A stretch of 64,000 nt of DNA, taken from Octopus bimaculoides. Taxonomy: Eukaryota. Of this stretch, positions 23,179 through 37,500 are shown in pieces. How positions within the stretch are numbered: the stretch's first letter is position 1; each line of letters begins with the position of its first letter. The DNA lies in assembly GCF_001194135.2 (NCBI RefSeq), contig NC_068997.1, positions 6,778,931 to 6,842,930 on the forward strand. Reading direction: 5' to 3'. The position numbers and the translations under genes were made by a program. The notes beneath the pieces are model-generated. The model was given only the letters and a program-made list of their open reading frames with translations, was not told the origin of the DNA and searched no databases.

Positions 23179-24639
23179 GTGTCTGTCTGTCTGTCTGTCT
23201 CTCTCTCTCACTCACATGTTTACATACAAGTACAACCTGCATTATGCATTCTGTTTGTGTTTGAGCATGTGCACATTATTGTGGAGTTTCATAGATTTTG
23301 ACTTCAAATTTGATCGATGGGTTTGTAAATTTATAAGTCCATGGGGTTGTGAATTCAGAGGTTTGTGTATATATGTATTTTCTTCTGCGAATCATGTGAT
23401 ATCATGAATATTTGCAAAGCACATATATCTGTGTAATTAGGGAATCCAACATAAGTTAGTAGGGACATATGTCTTTTATACATAATGTTCATATATGTTA
23501 TGTAACTGATGTCTAAAGAAGAAATTATCCAGGTTGGAGGGTGGCAAAGTGGGTGGGGGATCATGTTTGAAATTTTGAAGTATTAACTGTTGCTTGTGCA
23601 TATAGTGGGAGAAGGTTCAGACCAACCAGAACGTATTAAGAATGAATCGATACGTCTTGGATTCTCGCTAAATACGATTATTTAGGAAAAGAAAATAAAA
23701 AAGTTATAGAGCTTATACACTAGAACAGATCCAGTGGTGAAACTTAGAGCAAAAACTGAATAAAGGACAGGGACTAATACTTCTTCATATCAGTGAGATA
23801 AAATATTTAGAATATAAAACTTTCAACAATACAGACGAGTATTTTTGCATCCACGCACACGAATATTCTTACTTACATTCAGATGACTACATAAAAGTAA
23901 ATGTGAGCATTCGTAATTATGAAATCCCAAATATTTCATTGTCAGATAACGATATCAGAAGAGCAATGTGTGTACATCAATAAAAACAAGACGAATAATA
24001 ATAATCATAATAATAATAATAATAATAATAATTTCTTACAAAATGTTATTTGATTTGATTTACTCGAATTTATATATATATTGAAATTCTATTAGATTTA
24101 TTTCGATTAAAATATTGTCAACAATATTTTCATTGCGTTATTCATTTTCTTCAAAATAAATTCCAAACTACACCAGTTGATGAATAGGAAATTATCAACA
24201 GTGAAAGCTTTAGGAGTTATGAGGGTGACTGGAATCACTTGGCGTACAGCTTGTAAATATTTTCTTTATCCTGAAAATGTCTGGTTCTCGAATTTCTGGA
24301 AAAGAAATATTGGCAAAATGAAACACAAGAAAAAAAAAAAGGTGTTAAATGTGACGTTGAAAACATTTCAGATGTTTTCACTGTAAATATTCATAGAAAC
24401 AAAAACAATAAAAAACGTATCAAAAGCTGCTTCTTTCATCCATAAACTACGGCTCATAGTTACCATTTTCTGCCTTTGGACCCCTTTGATTTCTCTTTTA
24501 CTTCACTGGACCCTCCAGAGCCATGTTTTAAAAAATCTTATTCTTTTAGAATTATTATTAGGAATTGTATAAAAATTGTTAAAAGTTTTTGTGTAATGTT
24601 GAAGTCTAACCAATTAATTGCAGTTAAAATTTAACAAGA

Positions 24640-24692
24640 AAATCTTATACGGACTCCCAAGGGCCATATGGACCCCGTTTGAGAACCACTGA
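24640..24692 (-). mobile_element. hAT-like (Charlie-type) terminal sequence; similar end at about 55545-55592
   Basis: Reverse complement begins CAGTGGTTCTCAAAC / CAGTGGTTCCCAACC; partner ends not found. Confidence 0.45.
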
Positions 24693-25009
24693 TTTCAAAT
24701 TTGGTTCCTGAAAGTGATTCTTCTACCGTTAGAACAACAGATTTCCTTAGTTTGAACCTTCTCATTTCCTCTAATTGCATTTGGTTTGTCTTTACGGTAC
24801 TTATATTGTACTTTCTTACGACGTTTCCTGCAGGCCAGCAGTAAAAGTCCCCCGCTTTTTTTTTTGTGTGATGGTTTTAATGGACATCAAAATTAAAATT
24901 AAGTGAAATCATAAGACTAGTTTCTCTCGCCACGTAACAAGGTTTCGTGAAACTTTTAAACGTTCAAATGAAAAGAAAAAATAAATAAATAAAATCATCA
25001 TCATCATCA

Positions 25010-25490
25010 TTTAATGTCCGTTTTCCATGCTGGCATGTGTTGGACAGTTTGACAGGAGTCGCACCAAGCTCCATTTGTCTGTTTTGGCAAGGTTTCTACA
25101 GCTGGACACCTTTCCTAACGTCAATCACTTTACAGAGCGTAGTAGATGCTTCTTATGTGGCACCAGCTCCGGGGCTTTTTGACGATGAGGATTAAGTTGA
25201 GCAAGCAACTGAGTACCTGTCCTGAACTGATGTGTAAGTGGCCGAGTACTCCTCAGATACGTGTATCTTAAACGTGATTCTCAAGTAGAATCCGCCTAAC
25301 ACGGTGTGACAAGCTAAGACTCATGAACTAACGTCCAATCCATCTGGCGGGCATCCAACATAATTTCCTTCGACCCAGTTTCATTCACATGCCTTGAGTG
25401 AATCCGAATAAAAGACACTCATTCAAGACGTCACGTAATGAATTTGAACCCGAGACCTCATGATTGCGAAGCGATCTCCTTAGTATTTTG
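25010..25490 (-). mobile_element. Degenerate SINE/repeat cluster
   Basis: GTGTAAGTGGCCGAGTACTCC.CAGA.ACGTGTA resembles the family 1 body; degenerate head near 25440-25480. Confidence 0.5.
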
Positions 25491-25983
25491 GTTATTCTAT
25501 GTGAAACATTTATGAAATGCTTCCCTTAAATACATCATTAAGCTCTTATAAAAAGGTAATTATATACCAGAAAATGTTGTCCTTAATATTAGAAAACACG
25601 GGATGAGCACTGCTGGAACGCATTTCATCATAACTCTACTCAATAGGGACATATATATANNNNNNNNNNACAAATACCTATGTGAACAAATATTTCTATT
25701 GGTTTCTCCATCATACTAAGGATGGCATCTGGGAGAATCTTGGTAAAAAACTACGTCTTCTGCAAATTAACCAATAACAAGGGAACGCTTTTGTGCAGTT
25801 GATCGACTTGCTTCATGTAACAGATAAATTTTCCTGAATTACAACCTGCTAATGGGGAGAATGCTACATGAAAACAGATGAGATGGTCGTGACTGGAACG
25901 TCTTTTATCATACCTCTACTATATTAGACTAAGGTGGAATTAAACAACAGTTAAGTATTGGAGGGCGGTGGGGCTATACTTAC

Positions 25984-26135
25984 TCGACAAGTTCCTCTTA
26001 TACATCTCCACTGAGTGTTCACGTCAGTGTTACACGGTGATCCATCAGGAAGAAAAGCTACATGAACTGACGTGAGAATATCACTTTCATGAAGTGGAAC
26101 ACAGCTTACTTCACAAACACCATTTTGAGGGAAGT
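25984..26135 (-). CDS. Gene B Cys-rich domain exon (GVCEVSC...PDGSPC...WRCIRGTCR)
   Basis: 152 nt, phase 1-0; homologous to 21236-21387. Confidence 0.9.
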
Positions 26136-26387
26136 CTAAATAGGAAGTCAGTAACAAAAAGGGCAAACGTTATAGATTTACATATAATCTATTTATGAGC
26201 ATTTGGGCGTTTAGAAATACAATTTTGGTTTTGAACAAACTTAAACAAACAGTAGAATTATGACCCGGATTTAGACAATGCAAAGTTTATTTTTACATAA
26301 TCCTTTTGATAGTTAACTGTTATGTCATGTGGATGTGTGTTGGCGTGTGTATGTATGTATGTATATATCTATCTATCTATCTATCAA

Positions 26388-26418
<31 letters not shown>

Positions 26419-29365
26419 NNNNNNNNNNNNNNNNNNNNNNNNNNNNNNNNNNNNNNNNNNNNNNNNNNNNNNNNNNNNNNNNNNNNNNNNNNTATAAATT
26501 CTCAGAATGAGATAAAAATCCAAGGCTGTGAAAGATTTTAGAACATTTATAAATAGAAGGTCTTACAGCTGTTTCCGGGATATTTTATATATCCCTTCAT
26601 CGGAGGCGGTGTGAGAAAATGGTTAAGCAATAGTTAATTTAGATAAGATATGAAATAGAGAGTGAAGTGGAAGAATGAAAATAAACGTGAGATACGCAAA
26701 GATATTGCATTTGTAGATCCATTATTTAGGCAGAATGGTATACATAAAAGATTCCAGTACCTTGTGAGTAAGTTCCAATAGTATTTAAAATTGGTCACTC
26801 CAAGTATAGAGTTTGTACACGGTGTTATTGAATCGAGGGTTAACTATGGTCTGTCCATAGAACTTACTCAGCATTACCTGACACCTTTGGGTCTTATTGA
26901 TACCATTACCTCTCATAACCTCTCTCTCTATATATGAATGAGAAAATGAAGAAAATAGAAAAAATTGACGTACAGACGTTATTTATTTAAAGACTGGTTT
27001 CAAATATGGAAATTTGAATTTTATTTCTGTAATTGAATTGATTGGGCGTGGAAACAGCTGAAGACAGGAATTTCTCTACAAGAATTGAAATGTCTTTTTT
27101 GTTCATTTCCTCATTCATAAAGTCTTTTAATGCCTGTGCGTTTCAATGATAGACCAATATACTTGGTTTTCATTGTACGCTGATATAAACCGGAGAACTA
27201 GGATGCTTGCATCCCTTAAGGAACTTTAGTTCCTTGACTAAATAATATACATATATATATATGTGTGTGTGTTTGTTTGTATGTATGTACTGACTTAAAA
27301 CGCTTGCATAGACACTGCTGATACATCTGTCAGTGATGTCCATGGTCATCTTACGAGTAGACAGTCATCATTATGAATAGAGGTTGTTAGCTGAGTGAGC
27401 AATGTAACATAACTTTCATGGTCATCAAGGAGCATCTATGCGGTTGTTCGACCTGCAACAAATAGCAGACGACAACAACAACCGTCAGTTCTCACCAATT
27501 CGACCAACCATTATCTATGTAGATAATACAAAACCATCACCCTAAAGGAAAACAATTTCCTTTAGAGAAGTTTATTAAACACACGTTAAGGGTTTCAAAA
27601 ACATAATCGGCTGTTCACATCATTAAAGATGGAGGAGTTGGTAGAAAGGTGTATTTTACATTGTTTATTATTGTTGCATACGACTCCAATAACCCATCGT
27701 TCTACAACATGACAATGATGATAATACAAATAATATCAAAATATTAGTAATACTACGTACACCGTTGTGCTACCACGGAGTGGCAACCATCAGGAAGTGT
27801 ATCAAAGACATATTAACTGGTGAAGTTCATTTCTTTTTGAAGTGGCATAGAGCGGGTGAATTACCGGAAATCGATTATCGCCTTATCAGGAGAATACAAG
27901 GTTAGAGGGTTTGCATGGGCAAAGTACGAATTAAGTTCTGCTAAAATGGTTACATATAGATATAATATCATTTACCTTTGTCATGTCTTTCATAGAAGTC
28001 CCAAAAGTCATTCGAATTTAAGTCGTGTGTCTTCGTAGATATGGAAGATAAATCACATTTTCGGTTCGTTGGTTTATATTCGAAGGAATAACATTTTTTA
28101 GTTACAAGACATGCACTGGCACATTGTTCCAAAGACACATTATTTTTTCTGCCCAAATCATCGAATCCTCTCACAGATCTGTTCGGATACATCTTAAAGT
28201 ATTTTAAGGCTGGAAAATATTTCAATTTTGGAAAATATTTTAATATTCAACATGTGTGAAAATTAAAGCAGATATTCGAAAAGGTTAATATTGAGAAAAT
28301 ATTTAATTTATTTTTGCTGTCATATTAATATCAAAAATAATTATCAATTTAGTAAGGTAACTTTATAATTATTAAGCTGGCGTTGGAAATTAGCAGGAAC
28401 GTTTTGATGGAACGTTTAAATTAAAACTCCTTTCGAAAAGGACGTTCGCATTATAGAACTAGGGCTATTCTTAGACGAATCAGTAACAAAAAGGTTAATA
28501 CGAAATACGTATTCTGCTAATACGCATATATAATCCTTAATGGCACCACTGTATGTGAGGAACATTATAGGGGTGAGGTAGCATCGGATACGCAACTACA
28601 ATAATAAAACTGAAACTGAGTGTCAAATAAAAAAAAGTTACAAAATATTATAAATAAATTTAGCATAAATAAAAGAAAGGTGTGTTTAGTCGGCATATGA
28701 CGAATAGAATCTTTCGCTCTGATTTTATTTAAATTTACCAGCTAAGCAATGGTGTTTACTGTGTAACTAAGGGCATTTGTCCATACTTAACAACGCAAGT
28801 CTTCTTTTAAAATTCAAGAGTAACGTAATGTCATAATATTCGTGAGACACATTGTTACTTCAAGAAAACGCTGCAAAATTTAACATCAACTGGAAATTAT
28901 TGAACAATTGCAGACCTCACCTCAACAGTAATAGGAAGTCCAGACTTTGCTTAGAAAAGTGTTATATTAAAGAATTCCCTTTACTCAAAGGTTTGTCACA
29001 ATTCTAAAAGCGAGATGTTTTCCCCTTGTCCTCAGGACCGTAGATATATCTTAATCAACTAGTTGGCTCCACTCTAGCAGTAAGGATTGGTTCTTCATTA
29101 GAAGTCCTCTCACGATAAATAAGAGGACCCAACAGTCATACACACCCATGTGCATACGCGATCAAATATGCTCTTCAAAAATTCCTTCTTCACTTCTCTC
29201 CCTTTTCTATCTCACTTCCTGCCTATTCTCTCTAATTCACCGTTACCCCACTCTTCATTCCAAACACGTGTACAAAAACTTGAGGGAGACAGTTGCCTTT
29301 TGAATGTTAGTGTGAAGGACAATGGTCCCAAGGAACCATTCTAAGGGACATAGTTCTGATGGTTC

Positions 29366-29408
<43 letters not shown>

Positions 29409-30750
29409 ACACAGACATGATATTAGTATTTGCTGTTGATGTAATAAGAGCTGTAAAATGGATATAAATTTGCGCTCGAATTTTGATTCTGGTTGTTGTT
29501 ACAAACGATAGCAACTAACTCAGTGATATTATTTACCTTTCCCATCTCTTTCATAGAAGTCCCATAAAGAATTTGGATTTAAGTCGTGTGCCTTCGTAGA
29601 TATGGAAGATAAATCACATTTTCGGTTCGTCGGTTTATATTCGAAAGAATTACATTCTTTAGTTGAAAGACATCCATTGGCACATCCTTCCAATGACACG
29701 TTATTTATTCTGCCCAAATCATCAAATCCTTTCACAGATCTGTTCGGATACATCTTAAAGTATTTTAAGGCTGGAAAATATTTCAATATTGGAAAGCATT
29801 TTAATATTCAACAAGTGCGAAAATTAAAGGATTTATCCAAAGCAGAGACTTGAAAAGGTTTACATAGTGAAAGTATTATTTAAGTAAGTCAGAAATTCAA
29901 AAACTCTATACGTGTTCTGTTATTGTGTATGTCCTGTAAACCTTATTGGCACAAATGAAACCGTTGTCTTCGTCTGGTTTGTAAAGAGTATTACAGCAAT
30001 GAGGTAAGAACAGATTTTTAACCTTCGTAAAATTGGATTGAAATGGTTTAACAGACGACTGAAACGCAATCTAAAATAATAAACTTAATTTACAATACAG
30101 AAGTATCATTTGTAATGAAATTTAGTTTAAAGAACAGAAGTGTTTGCTTAGTTGATGTAAGGTAAACAAAATATTTATTCCTGGTTTTATTAAAAGATAT
30201 CAACTAAGCAATAGCTTTTTGCTGTTTTAGGGTATTACGTGTGTATGTATACTCCGATTTAAAGCGACATTTATTGACTGAAAAATGATGAGCAACTCCA
30301 ACTGGAATCGAACCCACATATCAACGCTAACATGGCTCCTTGTGCATCCGATTGAGCCAGAACACTAAACCATAAATTTCAGTCAAATTTTATGTGTTAA
30401 ACCGTATTGTTTACGTAAATGTCGCTTTAAATCGGTGTATATATATATATTTATCATGCTATATGACTATATAGTTATTATTGTATAAAAGACTTTAGTA
30501 GCCACTTTTTCTCCGTAACTTATCAAGTCTCCGGGTTTGTTTACAAATATTATATGTAGTACTTGACAGTTTAAGCATCTATACATAAAATTTGACTGAA
30601 ATTTGTGGGTGAGTGTTCTGGCTCAATTGGATGCGTAAGGAACCGTGTTAGCGTTGATATGTGGGTTCGGTTTTTGTCGGAGTTAGCTCATCATTTTTCA
30701 GCTAATTGTTTAGATAAATGTCCCTTTAAATCGGAGTATATTATTATTAT

Positions 30751-30781
<31 letters not shown>

Positions 30782-31498
30782 TTCAACAAAGCATTGTCTT
30801 CTGACAGAAATGCAGAAGAAATAAATCTCAACGTGACACATAAACAGTAGAATGTAATGACTATGGTCACATGGTTACCACGAGTGCAAGAAATATGTTA
30901 CTGTTAAAGAATTACTTACTTCCGTTTGGACTGGCTAACGTTCTGCCATTGGAACTAAAGTTCTTGGAATCAAGGTAACCATACTGTAGTAACATGGTGC
31001 ATACTTCAGAAGCTCGTTGTTTCACCAGTTCGAAGTAATTGCTACTGTCATTGAAACAGGGCTGCAATGGAAAACAGTTTTTAATAGATTTACTGAGTTA
31101 GTTAGGGTGTGAGTAGGTAATTGAATTAAGAATGGTTTACAAATGAATATGTTGAGTAGCTGGAAGAATCTAGAAAGAAATAGACATACAGAATGATCTG
31201 GCTTAAAAGACACAACTGCATCGGTTGTGAATAAGGCTGCGGAATTTTACAAGAAAGGTAGACAATGCGTGAATTGTAATGTGAGAAAAACAGGTCGTTT
31301 ATATAATGACATGATCAAGTTGAAACGATGATCAACAACTATTAACCATCTCTGTCTATTGAAACAATAACTAGAGATTTAATACGTTAAAGATCGTCTT
31401 GATTCTAACGAGTAGAAGTTTCCATCTTCATGTGTAATTTGAATATTAAAAATACAGCTGAGAAGTATTTTCCAATAACGATAAGAAATATGATATTT

Positions 31499-31540
<42 letters not shown>

Positions 31541-34500
31541 CCACTTCACAGCTAGTTATATAGAAATATATATATTAGTTAATTAAACTTCGGCATTGTC
31601 GGATTGTTGGATGAAATGAGTGAACTTGCAATTAAACAACTGAGATTGGTCAATAGAGACGGGCCAATTCTCTTGCAAGACAATGCTCGACCACATGTTG
31701 CACAAAGAACACCACTTAAGTTACAGGAACTGAACTTGGAAGTACTCTGTCATTCACCAGACCTTGCACCAACTGACTATCATGTTTTCCATGTATTAGA
31801 CAAATTTTTGCAAGGAAAAACTTCAAATCTGAAGAAGATACAAAAACAGCCTTTCGTGATTTCATCACCACTTGCTCTCCAGAATTTTTTGCTGCCGGCA
31901 TAATTAAGCTACCGATAAAATGGCAAAATTGTGTTGATAATTTAGGTGTATACTTTGATTAACTGCATTGTTTTTTGTTGAGATAAACTTTCAGTTCAAA
32001 ATCGGACATTTCATTCTTAACGACCTGATAATTAGAAATAATTATTCGGTGAGGAAAAGTCGACATTACCTACAAATTTATTTAAAGATTAAATGAATAT
32101 TATTCCAGTCATTTCGAAAAGTACGATGGTCAACTTGGGACATGTTTCGATCCTATATTAGTCATCGTCAACAAATCGTATATATATATTTAATTACGGA
32201 AATAAACAGACTGTTTTAAAACTTAACATTTGTACACAATCTATGATGCATTAATTAAGTCGTTGTATACTATAAGCACAGAATATATTATTTGACTTGT
32301 TATTATCGTCATAAAAAAAATGAACAAAAATTTTTAATTCATTTTCAATGTACAAAATTATAGAAATATGACATAAAAATTACCTGCACATTGCAGAGTT
32401 GGCCGCGAATTGACTGGCCTTTGCACCATTCTGTATTGACTGGCCTCCATTAAAAATGTTAGAAAATGCAGAAAATTCAAGATAAGTAAAATTCATATCA
32501 TTCTGTTCTGTAAAGTTCAAACGGTGTAAACATTAAGAGATCATAAAATTGTTATTAGGACAATTCATTACCTTAGAATTTAAATCCACATTTTTTTAAA
32601 CCTCTAATCTAAAATAAAGCCAATTAAAACAGATATGAGAAATAACCATCAAGAAATTCTCCCAAATATGATTAAAATGGTAACCAAACTCTAACAATGG
32701 AAGAACTAATTCTTCCCCCTTCTCGTATCTCTCAGTTTCTACTGTTTAGCACCGGAGACTTCATCAGAAGATACAATAGCATCAAATGTACAAACAGAGA
32801 AATTATTATTCATGCAAGAACGATGAAATGAAGCTTCTGTCTGGAGGAATAAAAATCAAATCTTACAGTCTCATTTGATGTCGGTGTGAGATCGTTTAAT
32901 AACATAGATATATGTCACATTGTTGAGTTAAATGTATAAACAATTACATACGAATTTCTTTACGTCAAATAAATCATTAAATACAAATAACGGACTGTTG
33001 TACCTGTATACACCAACAGGTAAACATAAAGGTACTTGTAGAAGAAAGTTCAGTCTTTTAGAAAAGAGTTCATATTCAATATAAATCAGTATTGTCTTAA
33101 AAGTTCATTCTCACTTCTTACTTATGAAGACTTCGTTTTAATCAATACATTTAAAGGCTATTTGGCCACCTTTTTGCATCATTTAATTTGCATTAAAAAA
33201 TCATGATGGTAAATGGATCTTTTTACTAAATATATATTTCTGTTTTCCTTTTATATTTTTATTTTCTTTCGTTAGGACATACCTTGGATTATCACATCTC
33301 CGTGTTGATATTCTGACTCCAGCACCACACGATCTACTACAATCAGTGTAAGGACTCCACTCACTCCACCCTCCACTTACAACTAATATAGGAACCCAGA
33401 GATTAGTTTCAGTAAGGTTTTCACATCTCATGTCAAAACGGCAGACCTACAAAATAACCAATAAAGAAATTAGTCAAAAACGATATTTTAGAAGGTAACT
33501 TGGCCAGCTAATAGATTTTTATAAACTATGGCAAGTTCTTATACTAAAATTACCAAAATAATAGAATGATAAACATTGACTTTTTCATAAGGATTCAAAA
33601 CCACAAACTTGAGGGAGAGGATTTAATCGACTGATACTTATTTTATCGATAACGAAAGCGTGAAAAGCAAATAAGACCTTGGTGACATTCGAACTCAGAA
33701 CGTAAGGGATGCAACTAAATACCACTACATTCTCTGACACCTAATTGATTCTATCAATCTATGGCACTGGACTGCAGCCATGCTGGAGCACTGCAATGCT
33801 TTGGGGTAACTATTTTTTTAAGCACAAAGCCTTCAAAGTTGGGGTCGATTACAACATGTCCTCATTGTCACTGGAAAGGATTTGGGCGCGAATGGTACAC
33901 AAAAGGCTGAATATTCTTTTCTACTCTAGGCACAAAGCCCGACATTTTGGGGGAGGGGGCTAGTCGATTCGATCGACTCCAGTACGCAAATGGTACTTAA
34001 TTTATCGACCCCGAAAGGATGAAAGACAAAGTTGACCTCGGTGGAATTTTTATAAGTCAACGCCACATTCTACTGCATTAGCAATGCACTTTACATTATT
34101 TTGTTAAGATTATTTCAACAGAAATATTAGTGAGCGCTGATTCTTGCTTCAACGTCTCGATACGAAACGTTGTAGCAAAAATCAGTGCTGGATAATATTT
34201 CTGTAGAAATAACCTCAACAAAATAATTTAAGAAAGCAATTGTAGTTGGTATTAGTATTGCTACAACTGCTGTTTCTAGTACAATTTCTGTTCCTTAAAA
34301 TTGTCTGTTCTTGTACCATTTCAATCAAGCCTATTTACCATTCTCATTTTCATCCTATTAAGAGAATTTCCTCGTTTGGCCGCTCATATCAACACATTTC
34401 AAACCATTTTGTACAAAGACAGTTCAACACTCCTACCAATCACCAGACTTTCAAATACTTGGTAATTCTTCGAGATAATACAATAAAAGCAAAACTAATT

Positions 34501-37500
34501 AGAAATAAAGTATACGAATTATGTCAATTTGTTGTGGGAAGAGGAAATGACTTTATAATGAAGAGTCTTACTGAAAGCTTAAATACTTCCTCTCGTAATA
34601 GATACGCCAGTGTTTGTTTCTATTAACTAATTAGAGTTTGCCTCTATTCCAAACAAGTGTACTAATTGTCCTTTACTCTTGTAGATGGTGAAATGTACAG
34701 AGATATCATTTATTAAGGAAGAAAGCTTTACGGATATAATCATATATACCCCATCGTTGTTCCGTAGCTAATCTGATAGCCTACCAATCATCTTCAGAAA
34801 ACTGCGTTGGAGAAAATTGATACAGAAATGCTGAAAAACGTAAGACCGATACAAACGGTCGTTCATAAGTGTCTGACTGGCAAACACAGATGCGCAGCTC
34901 ATTGACTTGGTTATCTTACAGGAAATGTTTTGCAGTTAAAGGACAAAGTAAATATTTCGCTAAGTAACCAAATAAAAAGAAATGAACTTTTAGAGCCAAC
35001 ATGTCTGACTATATTTTATTTCTAAGATATTGTTGTGATATATGTCATTGAATATTAGTTAATATCAAAGTAATAGGCAAAAGTCAGCTTACTTTTCCTT
35101 GACCACAATAAAGCCCATCCAAGCCGTGGTTGTTAACCTTCAGGACGCCATAATCAGAGCCAGGCAGTAAAATAGCACAAGACTGAATCCCACAAACCTG
35201 TAAAGTAATTTTAGAAAAAAGGATCCATACAATAACTAAAATATAAAATTGAAAAGTGATAAGAGACAAAGTTTATATGACATCAATATTTAACGTGGTG
35301 TTACTTACATGTGCAGGATAGAGGGGGATGTATTGGAAACGTTCTCCAAACCTCTGCTGACACAACACATCAGAACTTTCATACATTGCTGTGAATTAAA
35401 AAAAGAAGAAAAAACCCAACGATATATGAAATAAAAACAGTCCGAAGTATGATAAAACGTATTGGTTTAGGTGAAATTACTTGCTGTATTTTGTTTGAAA
35501 TGCACTGGACTTTGATGTAGAGCAAACTGAATCGACCAACCCGAATAGAAAACTATAGCCATTGAATTATATTGTAGTATAGAAAACCCACCGCGTAATT
35601 TTGCTGAATTTAGTGATTTATAAATTTTACCTGGAAGCAGGCCATAGCCGTTCGTATTGAGAACATCTTTGGTTGAGTTAACGTTTTTGTTTTCCGGAAT
35701 GAAAACATTCACTGTCTTTAAGCATTTGCCTTTGCCACTGAAATGAAGACACCAAAATTGCAATCTGTTTTATTTATTTACATTAGAAAATAATGTGAGT
35801 GTGTTTGTGTGTGTGTGCGTGTATGTGTGTATGTGTTTTAATGAAAGGAAACTAACTATGCGTAGACTGCTTTGTGTAATATTCTGTTGAGTTGAGACTA
35901 GTTTTGACTAACTTGTCATGAGGAAATTTTTAAAGTCTTCAAAGTTTACTTAATACAAACTTTATTAACATATTAATGTAAATTGTGGAATATAATTCTT
36001 AAAAAATATCTCTCACGTGGCGTAAATAATTGCAAAAGTTAATTTAATAATGTGATTAAAAACTATTTGATAATTATCCGAGTCAATTCTATGATTTATC
36101 AGTCACTCTGGTCAATCTGGTCACTAATGACGCCAACCTCGACACTGCTACAAATTATCCCGAGCAGCTGAAAAAAACAAGGCTTTTGAAAAGGGATTAC
36201 ACACCAGAGCAAATATACACTGTTAATAAAACTTCAATTTTCCAGAGGCTCATGTTGGTCGAACTTTTATTTATTCGAAATTTCAAGCTTTTAAAGCTCA
36301 TTCTTTTTTGTATCCTTACATTTCATCTCTTTCTATGTTTTTACCCTTGTTTTGTCTGTGGTTTGCAATTTCAATTTTTCTTTACAATTTCCTTTTGTTT
36401 TCTCTTCCATATATTTCTACTCCTCACCTGCCCTCCTTAGTGACCCCTATCCACGTCTTTATTTTCTTAAAACAGCGTCTTATGTCTTATGCTCCTTTCT
36501 TTTCTATCTTCTAAAGGACATTGTCTTAAATGCTAGATATATCGTCTCCCTATCCCATAATGACTTAACTTAATATTCTGGGGTTTTTTTTTCGTATCCT
36601 GAGCATTATCTTGATAAACATTTTAGATGTCTCATCATGAATGTATGCATTTTTTTTTACCTATTTGCATCCATGTTCCCGATCCGTACAGTAGGACGAA
36701 CAATAATATTGTTCGGTATACTTTGTACTTCACCTGGACCATCACATACCTGTTGTTCTACAATCATACCCTCAGCCTTCCAAATCCCGAGATGCTGTTG
36801 GTCATCTTTTGCCATCGTTAGTGATTGAACTGCTCGCACAAGTAAGCTGTCTCACTTCTATCAGCTTCCACCCGTTGGCAAAACTAGGCCTAGGTCGTAC
36901 CACCTGGCTCGCGTCAGAACTGAGTTCATAAAGAACTTTAGTTTTCTGGACGTTAGTATTCATGCTAATATTGTGGCGGTGCCACCCAAAACATCCTCCA
37001 CATTCTGAATGTCATCTAAAACAGATCATGAATAGTACCCGGAATGACATCAAGGGTATAATCACCCTAAAGAAAGTCAATTTTACTAGAATGGAAGAGA
37101 TATTGATGCAGTAAAACCTCCGCAGGTTTGAAAATATCCAAAGAATGGGAAAAAAAGCTTCGGTCACCAAAACAGTCTACTCATTGTTGGTTAGGGGTAC
37201 AGAGACCTCCCTACCCAGGCCGAGACACAAAATGTGGTTAAGCATAAGAAGATTAAACATCCACAGCCTCAAATGGACTGCAGCAACTAAAGACAGAAAC
37301 CCAAAGAGGAGAGCAATTCACTTTTGGTACAATGAGTCACGAATTTGCATATGGGCGGCAACCATCGTTGACCATCGATGGATTGTGTAGAGATGTGACT
37401 ATTAATATTTACTGGAACAAGATGAAAAGTGTGTTTAGTCTATGATCAGAAATAATGACAAACTGTTGGGAAATAAAAAAAAAGTCGTAGACATACAAAG

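Noticed and set aside
24690-24835. Basic ORF (KRRKKVQYKY...) on the minus strand as terminal exon of gene B
   Set aside because: The basic frame needs a phase 2 junction, while the preceding exon ends in phase 0 and the phase 0 frame stops after three codons; no homology evidence.
30290-30370. Functional tRNA genes at SINE heads (also 46811-46890, 43205-43282, 56543-56605)
   Set aside because: A/B boxes are present but there is no proper acceptor stem, and the heads run into SINE bodies with TSDs.
36560-37390. Twin-priming 5' inversion of a single RTE LINE
   Set aside because: Both halves seem to cover the same LLYGxETW region, so two independent insertions are more likely. The sequence is too degenerate to settle by eye.
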